Shown here piece by piece: positions 1 through 17,410 of a stretch of 64,000 nucleotides of DNA (position 1 is the stretch's first letter; every line of letters starts with the position of its first letter). A model generated the notes under the pieces. The model saw only the letters and a program-made list of their open reading frames with translations, had not been told where the DNA came from and did not search any database. Position numbers and translations under genes: made by a program. The stretch lies in NCBI RefSeq assembly GCF_009914755.1, contig NC_060943.1, one strand, 5' to 3'. The stretch is from the human T2T-CHM13v2.0 reference genome, Homo sapiens.

Positions 1-389
1 CACGGTAGGCAGGCTTGGAGGTGGCGCTCATGTGGGACAGGGGACAGAGTCCTGTTCTTGGCCACCCTGTGCTGCGTGCGGCATTAGCTCATGCGCAGAG
101 AGCCCAGCCCTGAGTCCCGAGTCTGGGGGTTTGGGCAAGCGAGAGGCACATCCTGGTGCCTCTCAAAAGTGGAGGAACAGGCTCTGACTTTGGATTCCGC
201 TTCCCTGGAAAGGGCGTTGATTTGTTCAGCGTTCTGCACGGTTCAGGTCACCCCGGGGGCAGTGGAGAGGGCAGCCTGGGCCTCCCTGTGACTTGACAGC
301 ACAGAGAGGTCCATCCTGGGGTCAGGAGCTCTGCCCATGCCCCTGGCGTCTTCCCCTGCAGTGCAGACCAATGGGGCAAGTTGCGAGTG

Positions 390-720
390 TGGACTGTACT
401 CCTCCCTCCTTGCAGACTGAGCTCCTCCCTCCCTGGGGACCGCGCTCCTCCCTCCCTGCGGACTGTGCTCCCTGTCTGGGGACTGCGCTCCTCCCTCCTT
501 GGGGACCGTGCTCCTCCCTCCCTCCCTGCGGACCGCGCTCCTCCCTCCCTGGGGACCGCGCTCCTCCCTCCCTGCGGACCGCGCTCGGCCCTCCCTGGGG
601 ACCGCGCCCCTCCCTCCCAGCGGACCGCGCTCCTCCCTCCCTGGGGACCTCGCTCCTCCCTCCCTCCCTGCGGACTGTGCTGCTCCCTCCCTGCGGACTG
701 TGCTTCTCCCTCCCTTGGAG
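390..720. repeat. C-rich minisatellite, ~23-bp unit (GGACCGCGCTCCTCCCTCCCTG[G/C]) in last intron of NDUFS7
   Basis: About 13-14 imperfect tandem copies visible, mostly alternating TGGGGA/TGCGGA variants. Confidence 0.9.
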
Positions 721-1372
721 CAGCCTGGACTTGCCAGAGCTCTGCCAGGTGGGGCCTGGCCGCCCTTTCCCAGGCCCTGCAGTGGCCTTGTCCTTTCTCA
801 CCTGTTTCCACTCCTGCTGTCCCCGTTGGGCCCTGGGCTTCGTCCTCTTGCTCAAGCCCTTTGTTCTGAACCTGCGTGGCAGCCGGGACTGGGGGATCCC
901 CAGCAAAGAGCTCTGGCTTGGGGCTCAGAAAGAGGGTCATCGGGTCCTCGTGGGATGCCCGGGCTCTGGGCCACCTCCCCTCCCTCCGCCCAGCCTCCCT
1001 GCCTCCATCTCCGTCCAGGGCAGCCCCGGGCCCTGCTCCCCACTGCTAAGTGTGTCTGCTGAGCGCTGGCCCCCATTGAGTCCTGAGGGCTGGGGCCGGG
1101 GGCCGGGTTAGTGAGGTCAGCGTCTTGTCCGAGAGGTCCCTGTGACAGCCCGGGATGAGCCACGGGTGGAGGGCAGTGGGGCCTTGCCCAGGGGAGGACC
1201 CCACTCTTCCTGCAGGGACCTCCCCTGCGCCGGCTCCCAGTCCCTGGCACTGCGCCCACCCAGGGCTGTCAGCCTCCACCTTCAGAGGCCGGCCCGGGAA
1301 ACCCTTCCAAAGCCGAGCCGGCTGCGCTGTGCACGCGGTCACGCGGGCTCCGGCTGCGGGAAGCGAGACTGA

Positions 1373-1486
<114 letters not shown>

Positions 1487-1556
1487 CGCCGCCGCCGCCG
1501 CCGCCGGAGCCTGTCGCCGTCCTGTCCCCAGCCTGCTTGTGTCCCGTGAGGTTGTC

Positions 1557-1562
1557 AATAAA
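1557..1562 (+). terminator. NDUFS7: NDUFS7 poly(A) signal AATAAA
   Basis: AATAAA ~70 nt after stop, followed by GT-rich element (gtgtggtgtgtggg); (GCC)6 at 1488-1505 in the 3'UTR. Confidence 0.9.
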
Positions 1563-3118
1563 CCTGCCCTCGGGCTGCCGCCTCCCAGTGTGGTGTGTGG
1601 GTGAAAGGAGCCGGGGACGTGGGGGGATCACAGACCCCCTGCGGCGTGCCGCCCTTGGGCTGGGGGCGGTTGGAGCAGAGCCGGGGGCAGAGACGGGCAC
1701 TGTGCCTGCCAGCAGGGTCCTTTCCCGCTGCTCTGCGAAGACCCTGGGGTGGACATCGTGGCCCAAAGTCCCGAGCGTGGAAGGCCGCACACCCATCCTT
1801 CCTGGGAGGGCCCTGACTCAGTCTCCCTCTATGCCCTAAGGCAGGCTGAGCAAAGCCCGTCTGAGCCTGCCCCGGGGTTCAGAGTGTGGCCTGTGGCCTG
1901 CGTGTGGACTTGGGCAGGTCGCCACTGCCCTCTGGCCCATTTCCAGGCGGTGGCATGGGCTGGTTAGCTGAGGGCTGGGGCCAGGGAGATGGGGAGGTGG
2001 CACCTGGTCCAAACCAAAGGGCTGCAGGGCAGGACTGTGAGCCTCACAGGCTGTCTGACCCCACTTTGGGGACCCTCTCCACCCAGGGCTTTCGGGGAAC
2101 CCTGACTCCACCCCACCAGCCCCTTCATCCGTCGAAGTCCAGGCCTCATCAGGGACGTGCATTCATTCAGCAAACGTCCCATCTTCCTGTGTTCAGCGCC
2201 AGATGCCGCCGGTGCTGGGACCTCGCTCTGCAGGCCCACCCTGCATGCCTGCTGCACACCAGGGACAGTTCTGGGGATCGGCAGTTATGACGGGCCAGGC
2301 TGGGATGGGGCCCGGGAGACTGGGGCGGGGGTGGGGAAGAGGCACCCAGCCCAGCCGGGTCAAGCAGCCTGGAAGCAGGACATGCTGGGGTGGGGACAGG
2401 GCGTCAGCCAGCGGAACAGCAGCCCTGGGCCAGAGTGCAGAGCACAGGAGCCGGCCTTCTCTCAGGGCAAGGAGGTCAGTGGAGGGGGCGAGCAGGACGG
2501 CCCCAGGAAGATGGGCGGGCTGCACACATGTGGATGCAGGGGGCAAAGTGGGAGGCATGGGGTGACCAGCTGGGCACAAGGGCACAGACAGGCAGGACCC
2601 GGGATGTTCCTGGGGCTGGGCAGGTGGGGCTGCCCCTGCAATGGGCCCAGCAGGGGCGATGCCTCCTGAGAGGAAACCACATCTGGAAATGGGAGGCTTG
2701 GGGAACGGGGCTGTCAGCAGCCACGCCCCTCCTGGGGCGGGAGGAGGGGAGCTCAGGGTGTGCTGGGGCGGGCAGAGAAGTGGGTTCCTGCCTGGGGTGG
2801 GCAAAGATCCTTGTCCCACCCACACCCCGGCCGTGGTGCTGCCACCCCCTGAGACCCTGACCTAGTTACCCCCTTCCCTGACCCCACTGCAAAGGGTCAG
2901 GTGGCTTTCATCTGAGGAAGGGACATCGGGCATCAGCTGGAGATGTCTGCTATGGGCAAGACAGTGGGGGGGGCGGGGCGGATCCTGGGGCCGCTCAGAA
3001 ACCTGGAGGGGAGTCACCCACTTTTCCTGTGTCCATGGGATGGGCGGGAGGTGAGGGAGCAGCCGCTGGAAGTAACAGTCGCACGCTCACTGCCGACTGG
3101 CCAAGCCCAGCGCCGGCG

Positions 3119-3124
3119 TTTACT
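3119..3124 (-). terminator. GAMT: Probable GAMT poly(A) signal, variant AGTAAA
   Basis: TTTACT on + strand ~230 nt past the GAMT stop; I saw no canonical AATAAA nearby on the minus strand. Confidence 0.6.
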
Positions 3125-3155
3125 TCACCTCAGGGACCCTGCAGTGGGCAGCAGT

Positions 3156-3295
3156 GACCCTCACAGAGAAGCTGGGAAAGCTGCTGGTGACACACAGCTG
3201 GGATCAGCCCTGGGCTGGTGGGACCCCTCACAGAGAAGCCGGGAAAGCTTCTGGTGACACACAGCTGGGATCAGCCCAGGGCTGGTGCGACACCC
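3156..3295. repeat. Two-copy 67-bp tandem duplication in GAMT 3'UTR
   Basis: TCACAGAGAAGC...CACACAGCTGGGATCAGCCC occurs at 3161 and 3228. Confidence 0.9.
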
Positions 3296-3356
3296 TGGAC
3301 TCCCGGCCAGGAAGGCACGGAGGAGGGCATGGGTGTGGCCGGGCCGGGGTGGGGGC

Positions 3357-3518
<162 letters not shown>

Positions 3519-4075
3519 TCACCTCTGAGGGCCATGGGGGTCACGTGCACCCTGGCGCCCACCCCTCATTGAAGAGTGTTTACAGATGGCAAGGCCCGGG
3601 TGGGCGGCTGCAGCTCCCGTGGGCACGTGGCAGGGCAGCCCTGGAAGCCCAGGTGTGAACGGGAATCTCCAGCTCCCCAGTGCGGGCAGCAGCTTCCCGG
3701 CTGTCCTGGAACCCCAGCCCCACACTCGAGCCACCCCCGGGCACCTACTCCACAGTTCTCCAGACCTTGCCAGTGTGGCGGGTGGAGCCAAAGAATCACA
3801 CCAGAAAAAGAACACAGGCCACTAGTTCCCATTTTGGAAGAAAAGCTGCCCCAGGGGCCACAGGCACCCAGCCGGCTCTCACAACAGCAGCCCAGGGCAA
3901 CCACATAGAGCCCTTCTCAGATAGGCCGCCTCCACCAGGCAGAGGGAACAGCGAGACAAGCACTGCTGAACCAGCAAAGACAGCCAGGTGGAGGCAGCTG
4001 GAGGGAGGGGAACACGCAGGGCTTAGGCTGAACCACAGGGCACTGGGGAGCCATGGGAGGTTGTTGAGCTGGTGA

Positions 4076-5048
<973 letters not shown>

Positions 5049-5125
5049 TCAGGACGGAGGTGGGGGTGTGGGCAGAGGGGCTTCCCCGAGGGCCTCCCGC
5101 ATCCCAGCAAGTCAGAGAGAACCAC

Positions 5126-5193
5126 CTTGATGAAGTTGAACTGGTGTGTGTGCCAGGTCTCCTCCGAGAGTGGGTACGTGTCGTACAGGATCC
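5126..5193 (-). CDS. GAMT: GAMT exon 4
   Basis: (G)[22 protein letters not shown]; CAG/GT boundaries, 68 nt. Confidence 0.97.
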
Positions 5194-5513
5194 CTGCACG
5201 GAGAACAGAAGCCCACGCGGTCAGGGCCGGGCTCAGCGCCTCACCCAGCCTCACCCGGCTCATCCCCCAGCGGGTGGAGGTGCAGTGAGACGGGGCCGTG
5301 GGTAGAGGTGGGGCTCCCACACAGGCTTGAGAACCCCGAGATCGCCTCCAGGGCCCCTCCGTGAGCATGCCCATCCCCGGTGCTCCGCCATCCCACAGCC
5401 AGGCCCACACCCACTTGGGCTCTGTCCCCCCAGTGCACATCAGAGGGACCCCCACAAGCAAAGGAGGGGCTGCATTGGAGCTGGGGAGGCCCACCCTGTG
5501 ATACGTCCCCTCA

Positions 5514-6332
<819 letters not shown>

Positions 6333-6808
6333 CTATGTGAGTCACATTTGCCACAGGACGGGAGGGCACCCTGGGCCAGCATGGACAGAGGCGGGCGGAA
6401 CACAGTAGTCCTGAGCGGGAACAGCGTGGGCCCTGGCCAGCGGCCAGAGAGAGGATGACCAGCCAGGGAGGCCGAAGACGGCCGCTTTTGGGGCCAGGCC
6501 TGTGGGGAGGCGAGAGCCTTGGACTTTGAGCCCAGCCCACGCTGTTTGTCCCGGGTCCCTTATCTCTCGGGTTAGTTACTTTTCTCTCCCCCTCCCTCTA
6601 TCCGAAAGTTGGATTTGCAAGAGTGGCCAGGCAAGACCTGGACTTGAGACTATCTGGGAGGGGAAGGACTGGTCCCCAGTGGGCCACACATGGGCCCCCC
6701 GCTCAATCCTGATTGGCACTGGACACTGGACGTGCCCATTTTCAGGGTGGGAACACTGAGGCCCAACCCCTGGACGGGGCCTGTGTGGGGCCAGGGAGTC
6801 CTTTCTTA

Positions 6809-7800
<992 letters not shown>

Positions 7801-7888
7801 GTCAGCACCGCAGAAAGGCCCCCTCCTCGCTGGGGTGTGAGAATCTGAGGATCTTCCAGGCGCTGTTGGAAGTGCTTTAAGTGTTTAA

Positions 7889-8062
<174 letters not shown>

Positions 8063-8583
8063 TGATGACTGTCGTTTTTCCTTCCTTCCTTCCTTCCTTT
8101 CTTTTTTGAAAGCAAGTTTATTAAGGAATAAAAATGAATGGCTACTCCATAGAGCAGCCGACTGTCATTTTACAGATGTGGAAACTGAGGCTTTGAGAAG
8201 CAAAGCCGGTGGTCTGGTGGCCACGAGGGTGGGGACCCAGCATTAGAGCTCTGATGCCCCCCTTTCATGAGCCCATGTCACACCCCCATAGGCTGGGGGT
8301 CATCTGAGACCCCGGGTCCCTAATGGGGGATTCCGCCCAAAGACGCCTCCAGTTCTGGAGACCAGGACTCAATCCCAGCAGTGCCCTTTCCTCCGGCGGC
8401 CCTGCAGCTGGGGTGTGCGGGGGTGGAATTAGGCCTCCCCCAGCCCAGGGTAGCCCCTTAGGGTCAAGCACACCCCCCGCCTGTTTCCTGGGGGCCCCCA
8501 AGCCCGCTGCGGTGGCGTCCTGGCTCTGATAGCCGGTTTCCTTCCCCCTCTGAACGTGGGGCCACAGTCATGAGCCCTGAGCA

Positions 8584-8612
8584 CTGCCTGCCTGCCTGCC
8601 TGCCTGCCTGCC
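8584..8612. repeat. (CTGC)n tetranucleotide microsatellite
   Basis: ctgcctgcctgcctgcctgcctgcctgcc. Confidence 0.9.
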
Positions 8613-8784
8613 GTGCGTTCTGCACGGGTTAACAGATGCAGTTATTATGCCCATTTAACACGAGGGAAACTGAGGCCCAGAGAGGTTGAGGTTCACAGGT
8701 TGCAGCAGGGCCACGGTGTGAACGCAGGCAGCCTCGGAAACAGCTCCCGCGCGCGGCCTTCCCTGCGCCACCTTGTCTGGGTAG

Positions 8785-12520
<3,736 letters not shown>

Positions 12521-12675
12521 CTTGTTCCTTGTATTTATTTAATTCTGTGATGATGAATAAACCAAACGATCAGGCTGTCAATGTGCTGTGAGATTAAGGA
12601 GAAAAGCAGTAGGCAGCACGTACCCGGTTTTACAAAACCCTGCGGGTCACCTGTTTACTACCGTCAGCCTAGACC

Positions 12676-12890
12676 GGTTTTTCCACCTCCTTCTGCTGAC
12701 ATTGGAGGACGGGTATCATTCTTTTTGGGGGGTCGTCGTGTGCACTGCAGGGTGCTGAGCGGCATGTCTGGTCTGGACCCACTCGATGCCAGCAGCACCC
12801 CGCACTCAAGTTGTGACAACCAAAACCGTGTTTTCAGACATTGCCAAGTTATCCCCTAGGGGGCAAAGTCACCCAGAAGAAGAACCACTG
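12676..12890 (-). mobile_element. MER20 (hAT-Charlie) DNA transposon
   Basis: Reverse complement resembles MER20 (CAGTGGTTCT...GGCAATGTCTG...GGTTGTCACAAC...TGGCATC). Confidence 0.8.
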
Positions 12891-13619
12891 ATGTATGCAA
12901 TTAACAGATGCAACTAAAACAGTATTTGGCTATTAATAGTAATAGCACTTGGGGGGGGGGTCAATAATATCTTTTCATAGTCATTGAATTTAGTTAATTG
13001 TTTTGATTTGATTCCAGTTCAGCCCCGAACTGGGTGACCTTGGCCAAGTGACTCAGCCTCTCGGACCCTCGGGATCCTCTTCTGTGAAATGCGGACAGGG
13101 GAAGGAGCCTCGCGCGGGACGCTCACGTGCCGTTCCCGCTCCGTCCGCCCGCCTGGGGTGCGGGCGGGTACACTCCCACTCCCCGCAGCGCCCCACGCGG
13201 CTCCACCGCTTCCGAGTGAAGAGTTAAAGAGGAAGCGGCAGCCGCGCCTGCGCCCACAGTGCCTAGCCCGGAGCGCCGGTCTCGCAAGCGCGCACGCGCA
13301 CGCAAGCCCGCACGCGCGCGCACGCACGCACGTGGCTCGGCCCGCGCGCATCCTCCCCTTGCAGGGGCGGGGCCAGCGCAGGGACTCCATTTCCCAGCGT
13401 GCCCCGCGGCAACGCCAGGAGCCTCCGAGGAGAAAGGAAAACGCGCGACGGCCCCGACTGCGGCGGCGCGAAATCCGCCTCAGGGACGCACGCACAGACG
13501 GAGTACCCCTGGACCCGCCCCCGGAGACCCCGTGCGGGAGCGCGCCCGGGCGTGCGCAGGGGCGGCGGCGCGGCGGCGCGGGGACGCGCGGTGACCGTTG
13601 GCGCCGAGGGGAGGAGGCA

Positions 13620-13661
<42 letters not shown>
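13620..13661 (+). repeat. DAZAP1: (GCC)14 trinucleotide repeat in DAZAP1 5'UTR
   Basis: 14 uninterrupted GCC units; a second (GCC)5 at 13759-13773 directly precedes the ATG. Confidence 0.95.
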
Positions 13662-13663
<2 letters not shown>

Positions 13664-13773
13664 TGCGCAGATCCGGGCCGCGGCTGTGGGGAGGGCGACG
13701 GAGCGGGTGACCTTCCGGAGGCGGGAGCGAGCGAGGAGGCCCGGGAGCGCCGAGCGTCGCCGCCGCCGCCGCC

Positions 13774-13802
13774 ATGAACAACTCGGGCGCCGACGAGATC
13801 GG
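13774..13802 (+). CDS. DAZAP1: DAZ-associated protein 1, exon 1
   Basis: GCCGCCATGA Kozak; MNNSGADEI(G); donor GG|GTGAGG. Confidence 0.96.
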
Positions 13803-13959
13803 GTGAGGACGAGCGGCGCGGGCCTGCGTCTCCGCCCCGAGCCCGGCCCGCCGCTCCCCGCCGCCCGGCCTCAGACGCCGCCCCCCGGGGCCGCCCCGTC
13901 AAGGTCACGCCGGCCGGGGGCGGACTCGGGACCCGGACTCGCCGCGGCTTCGCGCCGGG

Positions 13960-14425
13960 GGCCCTGGACGGGTGCCCGGGGTCTGGGGGGGTCCTGGCGC
14001 CCCCGCCGCCGCTTCCCGGCTTCCCGTCCTGGGGGATCCTGAAGGAGAGCCTGAGGGGTCCGGGGGGCCCCGCCGCCGCCTCCAGACTTCCTGGTCGGGG
14101 GAACCCCGAACGGCAACCTGGGGGGGTGTCCTGGGGCGCCCGTGCCGCCGCTTCCCGACTGCGCGTCCTGAGGGACCCCGAATGGGAGCCAGAGGGGTTC
14201 AGGGGCCCCCGCCGCCGCTTCCTGGTTGTGGCGGCCCCGAACGGGAACTTGGGGGGGTCTGGAGCGTCCCCGTTGCCGCCTGTAGGGCTTCCTGGCCTGG
14301 GGGACCCCGAATGAGAACCTGAGGGAGTCTGCGGGGAGTCCAGGGCGCCGTCGCCGCCGCCTCCCGGCTTCCTGGCCAGGGGGACCCCAAACTGTGGCGT
14401 GGGGGGTGGTCCGGGGCGCCCCCAG
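13960..14425. repeat. Diverged ~60-70-bp GC-rich tandem repeat at start of DAZAP1 intron 1
   Basis: Recurrent GGGGTC..GCGCCCC GCCGCCGC(T/C)TCC..GGGGACCCCGAA blocks, ~6-7 copies. Confidence 0.7.
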
Positions 14426-17229
14426 CGCGCGCCCAAACTTGGCGGGCGGCGCACGTGGCGAGCCGAGGCGAGGGTTCCGGTTCTGCCACCGCCCAACCTA
14501 TCCCACTCGGGGCTCCGGGCTCCCCGCTCCCATCCCACCCCCCCAAAGTGGTAAGGTCGGGAGGGGTTCGCAAACCCAGGGCCCAGGGGGCTCGGGTCAG
14601 CCGGGGCCTGCTGTGTTTACGTTGCCTCGGCGCCTCCCCGCCGGGGGTGGGCTTGAGCTGCGGAAGGGAGAGTCAGCGCTTCCGAGGCGGCGACGGGCCC
14701 GCGGATCTTTGCTGCGCCGAGGCGTCCCCTCCTATAGGAGCCTGACCTGCTCCGGACCCCGCGGGGCCGGGAAACCTCATTTCGCTGTGCCCCAGGGCTC
14801 GGCGCCATTCTTTGGTAGGAGCGGCTCCTGCCGCAGCGACGTCGTTTTAGAGTTGCATTCTTCCGGCAAAACAGTCTGGGTTGGGTTTCCTAGTGGTCTG
14901 GTGTAAATTTCTCGGTGCCCTTAGCTTTGAGCAGCGCCCTGTGTTCTCAGCGCTGGGCTTGGCTAGTGCGGGAGCGGTTGCTGCTAGAGGGTTGCCTTGG
15001 CAGGCGCCTCTCGCACCAGCTACAGGTCACACTTGTGGATGGGAAATGCCTTTTGTGGGCTCTCCCCCTCCCCAGACAAAACAAAAGAGCACCTTCCGTT
15101 GGAGAACCAGGATGAAAGCACTTAGCCCCTGCCTAGCCCGTGCTGTGAGTCCTCTCCAGGCACTTTGACTTGGCAGGGTCCGTGTGCCTGTGTGAGGGAC
15201 ATTGCAGGGATGGGCCTGAGCAGGGAGTCCACCGGCCATGGGGGATGGAGCCATCGACTTTGGGGTGAGGCAGGGAAAGGGCTCCCAGATGGGGTACCTG
15301 GATTAGGTCCATTCAAGCCGCGGGTGAACGTGGGCCCGCTCCACCCAAGCCGTGGCTGTGAGGAGGCTGGAGAGAGGTGAGGGCTCCTGTCCCCTCCCTG
15401 CATGGACACCCTTGGGAAGTGGGGCAGCTGGGGTCCCAGCCTGGGTCTGGAGGGGTCCCACCCACAGCACAAATAGGCTCGCAGGCCACCCGGACGCCAC
15501 GGGCTGCGTGGAGGAGAACTGGAGTGCATGGACCCTGCTCTCCTCCCCGGCTGCCAGGAGTGTCCACTGCTTTCTAAGTCAGACTCCTTGGGCAAGAAGT
15601 GTTGCCACAGCCGCCCGTCGCATGGGAGACCGGCTTCCATTCTATGCGGAGTCCACGGTCTGCTCTGATCTTGCTGTGTGGAGTTGTTGTGTGCGTGAAA
15701 TGCTTGTGACCCTGCGAAGCGCCCTCCTGGCAAGTCCCCTGCAGGTGCGGTGGGTGCCATGCAGGAGGGTGCTGAGCTTGGATGGAAGCAGGCCCTCTCT
15801 GCGGCAGATGGCGGCTCTCAGGACGCCATGGGTCTGCGGTGTCCCTTACCCACTGGGGGGGCTCGGCAGCCTGAGGAGCTCCCTCTTCCTGATGCAGAGC
15901 CCTCACTGCTCACTGCCATGGAGGAGGCAGGAGATCCCGCCGGACCCCGCTTGGAGGGCTGGGCCTGGAGCATGCATGGGTGCGGGGTCAACGCCTCAGG
16001 AGACTTGGAGCTTGGGAGCCCCCTGTTCTGGGACACTTGTGGCCGTCCAGCTGCTGCCCTGGGAATCCACACCTGGAAGGTGGGTTAGGGAGCCATCCTT
16101 GGGGGAAGCTCTGCTTTTGAGTCTGAGAAGTCGTCCCAAGTTTTGAGGGTCCCTGTGCTGGCTTAGAAGTCCATGTAAAGCTTGATGGGGGATGAAAGTC
16201 AGCTGAGGCCTGCCGGTGATAACGGATGCCTTACACACACCGACTTCCAGTCAGCTTGAGGGGGGCTTCATGCAGGAGGAAGCGCATACGTGTGGTGGGG
16301 TGTGGGGAGTCCCTCTCTGGATCCTGGTGGGTTTGGCACGCGGACCCTACATGGTGGATGTGATGGACAGTGTCCTCCTTTGGGAGCGGGGCCTGTCCTG
16401 GTCCTCTTGTGAAGGGTGGGGGACAGGCACTGACCTGTCAGGAGGGTTAGAGGGTTGGCACCAGCAGGTGGCCTGGAGCGCTCAGAGCACGCGCGATCAG
16501 GAAGGCCCGAGTCTCCAGTGTGCCCTCCCTGGCCTTGTGAAGTCATCTTAAAGTCTGGCTTGAGCGCCTCTGACTTGGATTCTGGGAAGCTGACACAGCG
16601 CGGCCGGGGTCGCCACATCCTGTTGAGTAGCCGCTGGGTGCTAGGCGCCTGGGTGGTAGACCAGGTGTCAGGGATAGGGCCCATGCCTGGCCTACTGGGG
16701 AGAGGACAGAGGCTCAGAGGGGTCACCTCGAGCGCCCAGGCCATTGTGTTCTGCTGGCTTCCAAGGCAGCACACGGTCATGGAACTGGAGAGAGAGGTTT
16801 ATGGAAGATTTTATCTGGTACACTGGGGAATGGTAAGACAGGGACACCTGGAAATATTGTAGGAAAGTCACAGAGGGAGGAAGGACTCAGCGGAGAGAGG
16901 AGAAAGCCGCCTCTGGGCAGCTTCGAGGATACCCAGGACTGTGGCCGGGGGCCATGCAGCTCAGAGCCAGGCCCATGGCAGGTCTCTGGGTTTATTGGGT
17001 GGCTGTGGAAGGAGACATCCTGAGTGGGGCTCCTGGCTGGGCCCCTAGAGGCCGTGACTACTTGTACCTGTGCAGAGTGAGCACAAGGCACCTGGCAAGA
17101 TTGTTGGTCAGGCCAGAGAGGGCCGTGATCTGGGGGAGGCTGTTGCAGTGCGGGGAGTGATAGGGAACCTCATGGGGCCGTGCCGGCCTTTCTGGGGCTC
17201 TCTTGGTGCATTTGGAGTTATTCCGAGGC

Positions 17230-17410
17230 AGGTCTCCTGGGCTCTGTCAGCACTCTGGCCTGGATCACTCTGGGGCACCGTGGGCACTGCAGGGTGCTGG
17301 GCAGCACCTTTGGCCTCCATTCACTCCGGGTCAGGAGTACCCCCAGTCGTGACAACCACAAATGTTCCCAGACATCACCCAGTGTCCTGCTGGGGGGAGA
17401 GCCACTGTCT
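17230..17410 (-). mobile_element. Degenerate MER20 copy
   Basis: GCACTGCAGGGTGCTG..GTGACAACCACAAATGTTCCCAGACAT similar to the 12676-12890 copy. Confidence 0.6.

Larger units (their letters stand above)
13100..14850 (+). promoter_or_regulatory. DAZAP1: DAZAP1 CpG-island promoter
   Basis: CpG-dense; NRF1-like GCGCCTGCGC 13244-13253, CACGTG E-boxes, GC boxes, alternating purine-pyrimidine tract 13288-13333. Confidence 0.88.

Noticed and set aside
248-1111. Long overlapping ORFs (230-272 aa) on both strands
   Set aside because: Open frames are produced by the stop-poor 23-bp minisatellite and GC content; repetitive peptide, intronic to NDUFS7
7801-7821. RE1-like TCAGCACCGCAGAAAG near the GAMT promoter
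   Set aside because: Right half-site (GGACAG) has two mismatches; too weak to call
13089-14538. 300-350-aa Arg/Ala/Pro/Gly ORFs over the DAZAP1 CpG island
   Set aside because: Typical CpG-island stop depletion; no domain similarity
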